From: Phycisphaerae bacterium
Lineage (GTDB): Bacteria; Planctomycetota; Phycisphaerae; UBA1845
Length of the DNA: 64,000 nucleotides
Assembly (NCBI GenBank): GCA_963666835.2
Contig: CAXXGO010000001.1
Span: forward strand, 2,080,001 to 2,144,000
Direction of reading: 5' to 3'
This document shows, in pieces, positions 49,218 to 60,386 of this stretch. Within the stretch, counting starts at the first letter, position 1. Every line of letters begins with the position of its first letter. A program made the translations under genes and the position numbers. A model generated the notes under the pieces. The model did no database searches and was not told the origin of the DNA. It saw nothing but the letters and a program-made list of their open reading frames with translations.

Positions 49218-50195
49218 ATGAGCGAGTCAGTAGCTGTTGGAATAGACCTCGGGGGCACCAATGTGAAGGTGGCTCTCGTTGACGTTCGTGGACGCATCAA
49301 GGCCCGGTGGGTGTCCCCGCTCGATCCTGCTGAGAGCCCGTCAGTGACGGTGCGCGAGATCGTTGCCACTATCGACAGCCTGCTGGCCGAGGCCGGGCTA
49401 AGCAGGCTGGATCTGGCGGGTGTGGGCATAGGTGCGCCGGGCCCTATGGACCTGCGCCGCGGACGCATTGTCAAGGCCGCAAACCTCCCCGCATGGCACG
49501 ATGTCCCCATCCGCGAACTGATGTCCGACGCGCTTATCCAACCGGTCGTGTTCGACAACGACGGTAACGCCGCAGCCTATGGAGAACACTGGGCCGGCGC
49601 AGGCCGCGGTTCGGATGATATGGTGATGCTCACCCTGGGTACGGGGATTGGGGGCGGCGTTATCCTCGGAGGACGGGTACTGCACGGGCATTTCGAGAAC
49701 GCCGCCGAGCTGGGGCATACGATCGTGGCCGTAAACGGAGCCCCATGCACGTGCGGGCAACGCGGTTGCCTCGAGGCCTATGCCTCGGCCCGTGCGGTGG
49801 CGCAGAGGGCCTCGGCCGCCCTGGCCCAGGGCGAATCGAGCACGCTTCGAAAGGTGGCGGATGATAACCTGAACGTCCAAGCTGTCACAGTTGCACAGCA
49901 TGCCCGCGGCGGAGATTCACTCGCCCGGCGGGTCTGGGATGACGCCTGCCTTCATCTTGCCGTAGCGTGCGTGAACGTTCAACATGCGTACAATCCGGCG
50001 CGAATCGTGCTGGGCGGCGGTCTGAGCCGGGCGGGCGATTTGCTGCTTGACGGCGTTCGCGAGCACTTTGCCCGGCAGAAGTGGTCACTGCACGATGATC
50101 TTCCTACCATCGAGTTGGCCGCCCTCGGTTACGACGCCGGCCTCATCGGCGCCGCCGGCCTTGGCTGGCATCGCCATCGCAGACCTGATGAGTAG
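49218..50195 (+). CDS. ROK-family sugar kinase (glucokinase-like)
   Basis: GIDLGGT, DNDGNAAA.GE, TLGTGIGGG, ELGH and CTCGQRGCLEAYAS. Confidence 0.92.
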   Translation: MSESVAVGIDLGGTNVKVALVDVRGRIKARWVSPLDPAESPSVTVREIVATIDSLLAEAGLSRLDLAGVGIGAPGPMDLRRGRIVKAANLPAWHDVPIRELMSDALIQPVVFDNDGNAAAYGEHWAGAGRGSDDMVMLTLGTGIGGGVILGGRVLHGHFENAAELGHTIVAVNGAPCTCGQRGCLEAYASARAVAQRASAALAQGESSTLRKVADDNLNVQAVTVAQHARGGDSLARRVWDDACLHLAVACVNVQHAYNPARIVLGGGLSRAGDLLLDGVREHFARQKWSLHDDLPTIELAALGYDAGLIGAAGLGWHRHRRPDE

Positions 50196-50203
50196 TGCCG
50201 TCA

Positions 50204-52114
50204 TCATGTCCGTTTGAACTGACGGTCCAGCTCGCGCTTCGTAAGATGGAGCATGGTCGGGCGACCGTGCGGACAGCTACTCGATCCTTCAATCAGGTGA
50301 CGCTTGCGCATGAGGGCGTCGATCTCCCCATCGGTTAACACGTCCCCGGCCTTCACCGCGGCTTTGCACGCCATCATATCGAGCACCTCATGGAGGACGG
50401 CCTCGCCCTCCACCGTTGCCGGTTGAATAGCGAGGAAGTCAAGCAGGTCGCGGAAGAAGGAAACGACGTCCGTATCCTTGAGCAAGGACGGAAACGCGTG
50501 GACGGCGATGGTGTCACTGCCCAAAGGCGTGGCTTCGATGCCCAGACTCCGGAGCAGATCACCATGCGTTTCCAGGAGGGCAATCTGCGACGATGTAACA
50601 TTCACCGTTTCCGGGAGAAGCAACCGCTGGGCCTCTAAAGGTCCCGATGTAATGCGATCCCGCAACTGTTCGTAGATTACGCGCTCGTGCAGGGCATGCT
50701 GGTCGATGATCACGATGCCGTCGTCGGTTTCGGTGACCAGATACAGCTCGTGCAGTTGGATGGCGCGTGGCCTTGCAGTTGTAGCCGGTGGGAACATCGT
50801 AGTTGAAACGTCGGTTGTGGTGCCGGCGTGCTCTGCGGGTGTCGATTCGACGTTTCCGGGTTCACCATACAACGACTTCCAGACTTTGGTCGGATCGACG
50901 CCAGGCTTACCGGGGTAACGATCCTCAGCCATGGCCCGACCGGTTGACGCCGCCGATTCCAATCGTTGATACTTCGGCGGGTCGCTCGGCCGCAACGGAC
51001 TAAGCGCCTTGAGAGACATGGCCGCCTCTCGGCGGATGCGATCTTGTTCCGCCGGCTCAATTGGGGTGGGGCTGGTGCTCGGGCGCAGTGCCGCGGGCAG
51101 GCTGCCCTTGCGTAACGTCTCGCGCAGGGCGCTGAGCACCTGCGAGTGAATCAAGTTTGAATCCGCCCAACGCACTTCGATCTTCGTCGGGTGAACGTTG
51201 ACATCCACCTCGTGCGGATCAACGGTGAGAAAGAGAAATACCACCCCGTGACGGTTCGGTTCCGTCAGTCCGCGGTATGCCTCCTTGATGGCATGCTGCA
51301 CGTAGCGATCGCGAATGTAGCGACCGTTGACGAAGGTATATTGCCATTGGGCGGTCGCACGCGACTGGGCCGGTGGCGCCAGAAACGCCTCCAGAGCGAC
51401 CCCGCGCTCGTCACGCTCCACCCGAATCAGTGCCTCAGCCAGCTCAGGGCTGTAGAACTTGGCTATCCGCCCCATGCGTTCGGCGCTGGGCGGCAGATTA
51501 TGAGTCACTCGCCCGTTGTTTGTCAGTTCGAACCCGATATCCGGAAAGGCTAGGCCCACCCGGGCGATCTGCTCGTTGATGTGCCCGACCTCGGTAGACT
51601 TGGCCCGCAGGAACTTCCGCCGGGCAGGTACGTTGAAGAACAGGTCGCGGACTTCAATCGTCGTCCCCGCAGGGCACCCGGCCGCCTGGGCGGCGACGAG
51701 TTCCTTCCCCGCGACCCGCAGCTCGTTTCCTTCCACCGCCTCGGGTACTCGCGAGACGATCCGAAGTTTCGAGACGGCCGAGATACTCGCCAACGCCTCC
51801 CCGCGAAACCCCATCGTGGAAATCGCATACAAATCCTCGTCCGACCCGATCTTGCTGGTCGCGTGGGGCATGACCGCCAGACGGAGATCCTCCGCGGTCA
51901 TGCCGAACCCATCGTCTGTGACCCGAATAAGCTGCTTACCGCCGTCCTCGATGGCGACCGAAATACGAGTCGCCCCGGCATCAAGCGCGTTGTCCACAAG
52001 TTCCTTGACTACACTCGCCGGCCGCTCCACAACCTCACCGGCGGCGATCTTGTTGACCAGTAAGTCGGGGAGTACTCCGATTCTGCAGCCGTTGCCGGCG
52101 GGGTTGCTGGCCAT
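50204..52114 (-). CDS. mutL: DNA mismatch repair endonuclease MutL
   Basis: IAAGEVVERPASVVKELVDNALDA, GFRGEAL, DQHALHER, ACK and CPHGRP. Confidence 0.97.
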   Translation of the reverse strand: MASNPAGNGCRIGVLPDLLVNKIAAGEVVERPASVVKELVDNALDAGATRISVAIEDGGKQLIRVTDDGFGMTAEDLRLAVMPHATSKIGSDEDLYAISTMGFRGEALASISAVSKLRIVSRVPEAVEGNELRVAGKELVAAQAAGCPAGTTIEVRDLFFNVPARRKFLRAKSTEVGHINEQIARVGLAFPDIGFELTNNGRVTHNLPPSAERMGRIAKFYSPELAEALIRVERDERGVALEAFLAPPAQSRATAQWQYTFVNGRYIRDRYVQHAIKEAYRGLTEPNRHGVVFLFLTVDPHEVDVNVHPTKIEVRWADSNLIHSQVLSALRETLRKGSLPAALRPSTSPTPIEPAEQDRIRREAAMSLKALSPLRPSDPPKYQRLESAASTGRAMAEDRYPGKPGVDPTKVWKSLYGEPGNVESTPAEHAGTTTDVSTTMFPPATTARPRAIQLHELYLVTETDDGIVIIDQHALHERVIYEQLRDRITSGPLEAQRLLLPETVNVTSSQIALLETHGDLLRSLGIEATPLGSDTIAVHAFPSLLKDTDVVSFFRDLLDFLAIQPATVEGEAVLHEVLDMMACKAAVKAGDVLTDGEIDALMRKRHLIEGSSSCPHGRPTMLHLTKRELDRQFKRT

Positions 52115-52284
52115 GCGCGGGGAATCTTCGGTGTCCGGGTCTTGAAACCGCTGCACATCGCAACGGTGGTTCCACCGGAGTATAATCGCCCCGGTGAACG
52201 GAATCAAAGCCGACCCGTGCCGGCGAGAGCGACGAGGCGCGACAATGATGTCTTGCCGGCCGACCGTGCGGAGAACTCCCGGCG

Positions 52285-53028
52285 ATGAAACGACCGACCG
52301 CTATACGCATACCGACTCGAAGCGACGGAAATGACTTGTTGATCACTTGTTCCCGCGCGGTTGAGCTTGGCGTCGATGGGGTCGAGTGGGCTGTCGGTGC
52401 CGGCGACCTGTTCGAGGTGCCGGCGCCGGGAACGGACTTCCCGGAGGTCGTGTCGGTTGCGGCCGAATGCGCCCTGACGGAGATCTCCCCCGCAATCGAT
52501 CGTGTGAACAACTTGCTCCAGCAATCGGCACAGGTAGGCGCTCGCTGTCTCGCACTGGGACTGCCCGGCGTGTCCTTCGAGGCCGGCAGTGGATGCTTCT
52601 CTCGTTATCAAGAGGTGCTGGACTTCGTTTACGCCCTCCTCCGGGAGGTGCGTTTTGAGGCGGAGGCTTGCGGGGTGCCGATTGCCGTAGAGGCGATGCG
52701 GGATCAGTCGCTCATGTCGCCGTCGGAGCTACGCGGAATCGTCGACGGAGCGAATTCCTGGGCGGTCGGAGTGTGTGTAGACACCGGACGCCTGGCCGGG
52801 CGGGGTCATGCCGCGGATTGGATCGAGACCCTCGGGCGGCGGGTGCATCTGGTTCGACTTGGCACCATCGGCGAGGGGGGCGTTCCGGCAGAATCAGATC
52901 TCGTCGGTCTGGCATCGGCGTTGGATTCGGTTCCGATTGACAGACCAATAGTCGGGGTAGCTTTGCCCTCGCCGGACCGGTTGCGCGCCGCGGCGGACTG
53001 GCTCTGCAGATTGTCCGGCGCGCCTTAG
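52285..53028 (+). CDS. Sugar-phosphate isomerase/epimerase-like TIM barrel (divergent)
   Basis: GVDGVE, GV.IAVE, SP.ELR..VD..NS..VG..VDTG; C-terminal metal ligands appear missing. Confidence 0.6.
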   Translation: MKRPTAIRIPTRSDGNDLLITCSRAVELGVDGVEWAVGAGDLFEVPAPGTDFPEVVSVAAECALTEISPAIDRVNNLLQQSAQVGARCLALGLPGVSFEAGSGCFSRYQEVLDFVYALLREVRFEAEACGVPIAVEAMRDQSLMSPSELRGIVDGANSWAVGVCVDTGRLAGRGHAADWIETLGRRVHLVRLGTIGEGGVPAESDLVGLASALDSVPIDRPIVGVALPSPDRLRAAADWLCRLSGAP

Positions 53029-53156
53029 ACGGGTGAGCTCATGCCGGGTGAATCTGCGGAGGCGGCTGCGGTTTGCACTCCGTTCTCAGGCGAGCTAGAT
53101 TGCGGTTTTGATGGTATCAAGACGCCGGGTGGGCGGCGGTTCTTTCTACCAGGGGA

Positions 53157-53558
53157 GTGATTGAGATGGTGCCGATTTCATGGCAGTGCAGGGGACGGGT
53201 GGTTTGCGTGCTCGGCGTTCTTCTTGTGATTGCGAGCCCGGGCTGCCGGAGCGAGGAGGAAGCCAAGGTCCAGACGATGGAGGGCAAGGTCGAGAAGATC
53301 GTGGTCAACCCCGACGGCACCGGTGAGATCACCGTCGTGTACTTCAGTGAAAAGCACAACCAGGAGATGCCCGGCACGGGGATAGTGACCAAAGATACGG
53401 AGATTATGATCAACGGAGTGGTCAGTAAGCTCAGCGATATTCGCGAGGGGGAACGTGTTCGCGGACAGGTCCGGACCACCAAGAGCGGCGGAAAGCGGAT
53501 TCAAACCGCCCTGAAGATCCACGTCGATCGTCCCAAACCAGTTGGCGCCCCCGGTTAG
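53157..53558 (+). CDS. Lipoprotein with OB-fold-like domain
   Basis: SPGC lipobox-like site; TEIMING..LSDIREGERV. Confidence 0.65.
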   Translation: MIEMVPISWQCRGRVVCVLGVLLVIASPGCRSEEEAKVQTMEGKVEKIVVNPDGTGEITVVYFSEKHNQEMPGTGIVTKDTEIMINGVVSKLSDIREGERVRGQVRTTKSGGKRIQTALKIHVDRPKPVGAPG

Positions 53559-53630
53559 TAGTCGGTTGAATGGCCGTGCCGGCACTCTGCGATGGGTGTC
53601 CCTCGGTGTTCGACAATGCACTCGACGCGA

Positions 53631-54710
53631 TCACGGTTTTGAGGTCCTCGCAGGTATCGGCGTCGCGTAGAACGCCTGCCAGATGGCCTCGGCAAACAAC
53701 CGGTGGGCGGTTTCGTTGGGGTGCGGGTCGCGGGCATTGACGACGAGCTCCCGCGGGTCCTGGCCTAAGATCGTCGGGAGCAGATCCACCACTTCAACGT
53801 TGTTGGCCTCAAAGAACCGCCGAACGACTTCATGGAGCCGCTCCGGAATCAGTCGCTCGCCGCCCGTCTGAATGAACGGGAGCAACACGACCCGAAACGT
53901 CACTTCGTTATCCGCGCAGACTCGCGTGATGTCACCCAGTTGACGCTGATGCCGCCTCCAGATCCCTTCGTCGGCGTACGCCGAAGCCAGCCAGTCGTGG
54001 TGACCCCGGACCGTGGGCAGGCGCGGAACGATGATCGTTCGGTAGAAATAGTCAACCAGGCACGAGCGATCCGGGTCGAAGAACCCCGGCTCCGGCGGGC
54101 GCTTGGGATCGTAATCGTCCGTAGTGGGAATCAGCTTCTCGATGTCGTTGAACACATAGCAAAGCACGATCTCGTCAACGGCGTACCGGTTGATCAAGTC
54201 GCGAATCGGAGCGAGCTGGTCGCTGCTGCCCCACCCCGGCTTCGCTACATTCATGACTTCGACGGAACCGGGCGACAGTTCCGCAAACCGCTCACCGACA
54301 ATGTCGCTGAAGCGATCCTGCACCCGCTTGATGCCCCAGCCGTACGTGAAGGAATCGCCAACGAACGCAACGCGGCGGACGCCGGCCGGCTTCTCAACGG
54401 CCCATTCATAATCCCGGCAGCCCATGGTGTTCTTCTCAGTATACAACGCGAACCAACGCCGCGCCGGCAACGAGACCCCGAAGGAGTCCGTTTCGACCAC
54501 CGTAAACCGCAGGTAGGTCTCTCCCGCCATGGCAATGACGCCGAGAAAGCACAAGAAGACCAATCCGTTTCCCAGAATCAGCCCGGACTTGCGGTGCTTG
54601 TCGGACGGAAACAGCTTGAAGAAGCACCAGGTGTTCGCCACCAGTGACAGCAGAAGCACCCACCACAGTAGGTAGTCTGCCACGTATCCGAACACCCCGC
54701 TGGTCAGCAT
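53631..54710 (-). CDS. Membrane-anchored SGNH/GDSL hydrolase
   Basis: GDSFTYG, N.AKPG, ND and DPHPN catalytic blocks. Confidence 0.88.
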   Translation of the reverse strand: MLTSGVFGYVADYLLWWVLLLSLVANTWCFFKLFPSDKHRKSGLILGNGLVFLCFLGVIAMAGETYLRFTVVETDSFGVSLPARRWFALYTEKNTMGCRDYEWAVEKPAGVRRVAFVGDSFTYGWGIKRVQDRFSDIVGERFAELSPGSVEVMNVAKPGWGSSDQLAPIRDLINRYAVDEIVLCYVFNDIEKLIPTTDDYDPKRPPEPGFFDPDRSCLVDYFYRTIIVPRLPTVRGHHDWLASAYADEGIWRRHQRQLGDITRVCADNEVTFRVVLLPFIQTGGERLIPERLHEVVRRFFEANNVEVVDLLPTILGQDPRELVVNARDPHPNETAHRLFAEAIWQAFYATPIPARTSKP

Positions 54711-55594
54711 CAGCTACGCTCCAACGAGATATCCAGCGCCGTGGCGGAATGAGTGATCGCGCCGACGGAGATGCGATCGACGCCGGTCTCGGCCACGCTC
54801 CGAATAGTCTCCAACGTAATGCCGCCGGAAGCCTCGAGACTCAGCTTGCCTTTGAGCCCATACCCGTCGCGAAGCTCTACGGCCCTCCGGCTATCGTCCA
54901 GCGAGAAGTTATCCAGAAGCACCAGGTCAATCCCTACCACTTTGAGCACCTGCTCGAACTGGGCCGGCGTGTCGACCTCCACCTCGATGAACGACGGCTT
55001 GACAATAGCGCAGCCGAGACGGTTGAGCATGCGGGACAACGAAGCTGCCAAGTCCTCGGTTGCTACGTCGGCCAAGTGGTTGTCCTTAATCAGGACAGCG
55101 TCATAGAGGCCCTGGCGGTGGTTCCGGCCTCCGCCGCAACGAACCGCGTACTTCTCCAGTGAACGCCACCCAGGAGTGGTCTTCCGCGTGTCATAGACTT
55201 CTGCACTCGTTCCGTCGATAGCCTCCACGTATTGCCGGGTGAGGCTGGCGATCCCGCTGAGCCGCTGCAAGAAGTTGAGCAGGACTCGCTCGGCCGACAG
55301 GACCGCCCCGAGCGCCCCACGGATCGTAGCCAGCTCGACCGGCGTCCGGTCCAGCAGACTGCCGTCGGGATGGGAGGGGTTCCACCTGATCTCAATTGAC
55401 GGGTCATAAGCCTGCAGGATGGTCTGGGCGATCTCCTGGCCGGCGACGACCCCAACTTGCTTGGCCAACAGACGTAATTCGGCTGGTTTGTCCGGATGGG
55501 GGAGCAGGGCGGCCGAAAGATCACCGCTGCCGAGGTCCTCGCTCTTGGCCAAACCTATCAAGGTGGCGGTGCTTTGGTCATTCATGAGGGTCAT
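54710..55594 (-). CDS. nadC: Quinolinate phosphoribosyltransferase
   Basis: ED...GD, ERVLLNFLQRLSGIA, DTRKTTPG, HRQGLYD..LIKDNH, LLDN and EASGGI. Confidence 0.96.
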   Translation of the reverse strand: MTLMNDQSTATLIGLAKSEDLGSGDLSAALLPHPDKPAELRLLAKQVGVVAGQEIAQTILQAYDPSIEIRWNPSHPDGSLLDRTPVELATIRGALGAVLSAERVLLNFLQRLSGIASLTRQYVEAIDGTSAEVYDTRKTTPGWRSLEKYAVRCGGGRNHRQGLYDAVLIKDNHLADVATEDLAASLSRMLNRLGCAIVKPSFIEVEVDTPAQFEQVLKVVGIDLVLLDNFSLDDSRRAVELRDGYGLKGKLSLEASGGITLETIRSVAETGVDRISVGAITHSATALDISLERS

Positions 55595-55938
55595 GGGCCG
55601 GATTGTCCATTCGGAACATTGGTCTGGCAAGCCGGGTCCGGAGGCTCAGGCACGGCTTGGTGCATGTAGATAACGAGTGGCACCGCTACAAATGGCCGAT
55701 AATAGCCTCGATAGGGCTGATCAGACCGCCGGATCCACGGTCCCGATGGGCTCTGGCGATCCGATTGGGGACTGGCCGCGGTTGCTCCCGGTCCGCAACT
55801 CGCCCTCTTATGGAGGGTACAAGAAGGTTACAGGAATCCGCCCGAGGTGCTTTCGGACATTGGACACGCGGCCCGTCCGCGAGACAATAGCCCGCCTCTG
55901 GTCCCTGGGGCTCGGAATCGAGAAGGACGAAACACGCT

Positions 55939-56940
55939 ATGTTGATTCACCAGTTGAAGCCGGTATTGACTCTGACGATGCTCTCTGTTGCGGCACTCGG
56001 CGCCGAACCGGGTGCTCCGATTGCGGGACTTCGCGCACACTTGATGCCGGCTTCCTACCAGGTGCCCTTGGGGCAACCGGTCTGGGTATTGTTCGCCATC
56101 GAGAACACGACGGCGGAACCCATAACGTTGTCGGTTCCGGGATGCGTTCCGCAAATCCCCTCGCCGGAGATGGGGCTGCCGCTCTCGCATGTATTCAGCG
56201 GTGTGGATGGGGCGGGCGTTGCCGTCACAACCGAGTCCAATCGTCGCTGGGAGTCACCGGTCGGCTATCGCTCGAATTCGGAGGCTCCGATTCTGATCAT
56301 AGCCCCCCATAGCACGGTCGGGACCTCATTGGATTTGCGGGAGTACTTCCCGGCATTGCGGGGAGCGGGGCGTTTCCGCATCTCATGGTCGCCGTATCGA
56401 GGAGCCGTGGTAAGTGATACGATGATGTTGACGGTTGCCCCGCGTAAGTGGGTGGAGGTGATTACCGATGACGGGTCGATGACACTCCAGCTTCTTTACG
56501 ACGACGCGCCACGTCACGTCGACAACTTCATCGATCTCGTGGAGTCCGGATTCTACAATGGCAAGACCTTTCATCGGATTGAGCCCGGTTACTTCCTGAT
56601 GGGGGGGTGCCCCCGCGGCGATGGGACCGGGATTCGCCCGGACGGCAAGCGAATCCCCGCCGAGTTGAACGGTCAAACCCACGAAAAGGGCTCGGTTTCC
56701 ATGGCCCTGCTTGATGGAGATGTGGATTCCGGAAGTTGCCAGTTCTTCATCTGCAATACCCGCCAGAAAGACTGGGACGGACAATACACCGTGTTTGCCA
56801 AGGTCACCGGCGACAGCTCCTTCGCTACTCTCGATCGCCTGATGGCGGTTCCGGCCGACGAATTCGGTCGTCCGATGCGCACGCTCTACCTGCGAACCGT
56901 TCGCCTTATCGATGAACCCACCGGGCTCGTTTCGGACTAA
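55939..56940 (+). CDS. Exported cyclophilin-type peptidyl-prolyl isomerase
   Basis: Signal peptide, then APRHVDNF..L..GFYNG..FHR, GSVSMA, QFFI and YTVF. Confidence 0.9.
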   Translation: MLIHQLKPVLTLTMLSVAALGAEPGAPIAGLRAHLMPASYQVPLGQPVWVLFAIENTTAEPITLSVPGCVPQIPSPEMGLPLSHVFSGVDGAGVAVTTESNRRWESPVGYRSNSEAPILIIAPHSTVGTSLDLREYFPALRGAGRFRISWSPYRGAVVSDTMMLTVAPRKWVEVITDDGSMTLQLLYDDAPRHVDNFIDLVESGFYNGKTFHRIEPGYFLMGGCPRGDGTGIRPDGKRIPAELNGQTHEKGSVSMALLDGDVDSGSCQFFICNTRQKDWDGQYTVFAKVTGDSSFATLDRLMAVPADEFGRPMRTLYLRTVRLIDEPTGLVSD

Positions 56941-57362
56941 GCGGCCGTCCGGCGGAAATCGTCGACGGGCGACAAGCACTGGTAGCGAACGCAAGCTTCC
57001 CGTTGCGACTCGTCCGAGAACCTGCAATCAGATCCGGTAAGACTATTCGTTGGTGTTACATTAGTGACACTTGGGGGTTATGGGGATCTCGCCGACACAT
57101 TCACACGTCCTAGTAGCGCGAATTTTTTTGTCCGGTTTGGAAACCTCGCCTTCGCGGGCCTAGAGTCTGAAGATCGGGACAGGGCTTTGTTCTACGGTCG
57201 GGGTACCGCTTCCCAGGAGGTTTCAACCTCTTCAGCAGAGTCAGGGAACGCTCGATCGGCCTGTCGTCTTGTTTTCAGACCGGGCGTGGCCTGGTTCGTT
57301 CTGTCGGGTCGTGCAACTTCGCCGCGATCGACAACTTGGTCAATAAGGGGGATTGAAGAACG

Positions 57363-58481
57363 ATGACGAATGCCAAATCTAATATTGGATGGGCCAAGCA
57401 CGCCATGGTCATCGGCCTTGTGGCGGTTCTGGTTCTGAAAGCCGGATGTGATTCCGGTGTAGGATTCCTCGGCTTGCAGGACTATCAGCGCGACTTGCTT
57501 ATCGGCGGGTTGGTTGCCGTCGCTTTGTTGAATGATGCCGCTGCAGCCGATGCCGATGCTGATACTGAACCGGCCGCCGGACAGGCGTTACCGGGTGAGG
57601 ACGGCGAAGACGGTGAGGACGGCGAGGATGGCGAAGACGGTGCCCAGGGCGAACAAGGTGAGCAGGGCCCCCAAGGCGAGCAGGGTGAACAAGGTGAGCA
57701 GGGCCCGCAAGGTGAACAGGGCGAGCAGGGTGAACAGGGCGAGCAAGGTGAACAAGGCGAGCAGGGCCCGGCAGGCCCCGCAGGCCCCGCTGGTCCCGCC
57801 GGCCCGCAGGGTGAGCAAGGCGAGCCTGGCGACTCGAATTTCCAGATCTTCGTGGACGACTTCTTCACGATGTCGGGCAATCCGAGTGGCTCCTTGCCCG
57901 TCGAAGTGATCGAGATTGAGGAGCCCCGCATGGGGCCGGCCGATCCGAACACGGGCGAGACCGGCGCTATTGCCTATCGGGTCGCCATTCCCGAGAAGTA
58001 CGATGCCGGCAACGATATTACCATGCGTCTCTTCTTCCAGCGAAGCGGCCAGTGGAACGAGGGTTGTTTCGTCTTCTCCGTGGATGCCCGGCGACTGCGC
58101 GACGGATACGGCGTCGAGATCTACGGCGAGACCCGCTGGATCCGCGTCGATCCCTTCAGCAACGCTGTGGTCGAAGCGAGTCTGGTGGATGAGATGTTGG
58201 GCGACGGTACCGGTGGCGGCGAGTTCCTCGTGATCGATCTGCCGATCAACACAGCCGCGGGACTCGGCGGTCAGACTAACCTGGCGTCGGCCGAGATGCT
58301 GGCCTACGAGCTGGCCACCTACACGACGCCCGACGGTTCGTACGATGACGGGCGTGATTATCACCTGCTGGGCGTCGACTTCTTCGAGTCGGGCGCCGGC
58401 ACCGCAACGATGTCGGGCAACATCACGATTTTCGAGGCGGCTGAGGCGGTGAGTTGCTACGATGAGGTGCCGTCCGAGTAA
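57363..58481 (+). CDS. Collagen-like lipoprotein
   Basis: AGC lipobox-like site, 27 contiguous Gly-X-Y triplets, C-terminal globular domain. Confidence 0.85.
   Translation: MTNAKSNIGWAKHAMVIGLVAVLVLKAGCDSGVGFLGLQDYQRDLLIGGLVAVALLNDAAAADADADTEPAAGQALPGEDGEDGEDGEDGEDGAQGEQGEQGPQGEQGEQGEQGPQGEQGEQGEQGEQGEQGEQGPAGPAGPAGPAGPQGEQGEPGDSNFQIFVDDFFTMSGNPSGSLPVEVIEIEEPRMGPADPNTGETGAIAYRVAIPEKYDAGNDITMRLFFQRSGQWNEGCFVFSVDARRLRDGYGVEIYGETRWIRVDPFSNAVVEASLVDEMLGDGTGGGEFLVIDLPINTAAGLGGQTNLASAEMLAYELATYTTPDGSYDDGRDYHLLGVDFFESGAGTATMSGNITIFEAAEAVSCYDEVPSE
57594..57836 (+). repeat. 9-bp-period Gly-X-Y tandem repeat
   Basis: (GED)5 GAQ, then GEQ/GPQ triplets, (GPA)4 [12 protein letters not shown]. Confidence 0.95.
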
Positions 58482-58613
58482 TGTCAGTATTGCGAAGGAC
58501 ACAGGAATCTGACACTGTGACCTTTGCTTCAAAACGATGTTCGGGCCTTTGACATGAGAGACTGAACCGCGAGTACTGCCTTCCCGCGAAGATAGTGTCT
58601 TTGGAAAAGGCTT

Positions 58614-58653
58614 AAGCCCGTGCGGACTACCATGTAGCCGCACGGGCTTCTTT
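58614..58653 (+). terminator. Terminator-like hairpin
   Basis: AAGCCCGTGCGG..CCGCACGGGCTT followed by CTTT. Confidence 0.65.
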
Positions 58654-59009
58654 CGTAGGAGTCTGACGGCTTTTACCAGCGACGCCCCGTATCCGCGATG
58701 AGCACGCCCACTACCTCCTAACCCGGGTCGTTTGCCCAAGCGAAGTGGTGGCCGTGAGTCGTCTGTAGCGCCAGGGCTTGTCCCTGGCGTGGAAGCGAGC
58801 CGTGTTACCGCGCCGCCGCCCACAAGGGACGGTGCTACAGTGAGTTACGCGGATTGATGCGAGCGTTATGAGTCGTCCGGGACGGCTCAGGTTATGAGAA
58901 GCCACCGCCGAAACACCCTCCAACGCAAGGCGGGACAACAGACCGTGGTGGCGGAGGGTGCTTTTCCCGGCGGGCGGCAGGGTGGCCGAAAGACGACGTC
59001 AACCCTTAT

Positions 59010-59606
59010 TCAGTCTAACGAAACCCGGGAAACGTCTGCCGGCGCGGTCCCCTCGCCATTCCACAAGCGAAGTTCCGCAATCTCTGTCACGGTAATGGCA
59101 TTATCCAGACTTGCGGACGCCACGGGTCCGCGACAGGATGATACCACGATGTGCCGGGTCTCGTGTGGGAAGAGAGGCCCGCGCCACTCGCCTTCGATAG
59201 CCAACGGTGTGGCCGCTACCTGGGTCCAATCGCGGATGGGGTTTCCGGCCGCGTTCACTGCGGCCACGCGGATAGCCAGCATTGACACGACATCGTCGCC
59301 CTGGTTGGTAATGGTCAGAACAGGCCGGCTTACTCCCGTCCGCTCGTCGGCGAGCAGGGCTGCTTGCACGTCGATATTGGGAGCATACTCCGGAGCCCGC
59401 CGGTCGTTCAGAAGGTCGCCAACAGTTGGAGGCAGAGCCCGGAGAAGGTCAGGCAATCCCTCCATCGTCCCGGTGGCGAATCCGATGATGTTGGAAGCCT
59501 TTCCGTCGACTACGGACAACGCGTAAACGGTTACCGCTGCGCCGGATACAATCCCAACCGCGACTACCCCGAACAAGCCAAGAAACAGGGCAGTAAGGGG
59601 CGACAT
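59010..59606 (-). CDS. Membrane-anchored hypothetical protein
   Basis: N-terminal TM from ATG 59606, then a beta-rich domain. Confidence 0.6.
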   Translation of the reverse strand: MSPLTALFLGLFGVVAVGIVSGAAVTVYALSVVDGKASNIIGFATGTMEGLPDLLRALPPTVGDLLNDRRAPEYAPNIDVQAALLADERTGVSRPVLTITNQGDDVVSMLAIRVAAVNAAGNPIRDWTQVAATPLAIEGEWRGPLFPHETRHIVVSSCRGPVASASLDNAITVTEIAELRLWNGEGTAPADVSRVSLD

Positions 59607-59741
59607 CGATCGTTGAACTTGCACGGTAATGCTCCTGTTTGGACGAAGTTCGTCTGCCGTGTTCACCGGAACGTCGACGGCGACGTCTACCGGACAATTC
59701 GAACCTCGCGCCCGGATATTCCGGTGCACGGACATAGCCCA

Positions 59742-60353
59742 TGCGGGTTCCGGAAAATTTTGCCACATCCTTTCCGGAAATTATTGCCACATCAATGGCT
59801 GTGATTCTCGGTAGCGTTTCCTCACGAAGACCGGGTGCAATAGGGCATCCGGACGTGAGGGACCAGGAGGATGATCAAGATGTTAGATCGTGTGCGGATT
59901 CGGGCGCTTCGGGACGCCGGTCATACATTGGAGGAGATTGCGGCCCAGGTTGGCGTGGCCAAGCGGTCGGTGCAGAACATTCTCAAAGAGCCGCGTATCA
60001 CGTCTCCGGAGGAAGCCCCCACGCCCATCGGGCGAGGCATCGGCCGGCCGAGCGCGGTGAAGGCTTATCGCAAGCACGTCGAGGCCATTCTAAAAGAGGA
60101 ACCCGGACTGGCGACCGTCGAAGTCCTCAGCCGACTGCGCGGTGTCGGCTACGACGGCGGCAAGTCGGCGGTGTACGACCTCGTCAAGGCGATCCGCCCG
60201 GGCAAGGCGCAAGCGCCCGTGGTTCGGTTCGAAGGCATGCCGGGCGAGTTCAGCCAGCACGACTTCGGTAGCGTGAACGTCGCATACGGCGACGGCACGA
60301 GCGAGAAGGTGCACTTCTTCGCCTCGCGCCTAAAGTACTCGCGATGGACGCAT
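59742..60353 (+). mobile_element. IS21-family remnant (left end + 5' istA)
   Basis: Begins TG; two 22-bp direct repeats TTCCGGAAAwTwTTGCCACATC at 59748 and 59772, typical of IS21 ends; followed by an istA fragment. Confidence 0.8.
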
Positions 60354-60386
60354 GACCGCACCACCGCAGTGTGGGCAGCACGGTAA
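59871..60386 (+). pseudogene. istA: Truncated IS21 transposase IstA
   Basis: HTH, GYDGGKS.V, RFEGMPGEFSQHDFG and SRLKYSR; ends after 171 aa, lacking the rest of the DDE domain. Confidence 0.85.

Noticed and set aside
57485..58823. Minus-strand ORFs with (PCS)n or (ALFTLL)n repeats
   Set aside because: Antisense shadows of the collagen repeat gene.
59748..59793. 22-bp direct repeats as a mini-CRISPR
   Set aside because: Only two units with a 2-bp spacer and no cas genes; explained by the IS21 end. No CRISPR array was seen anywhere in the window.
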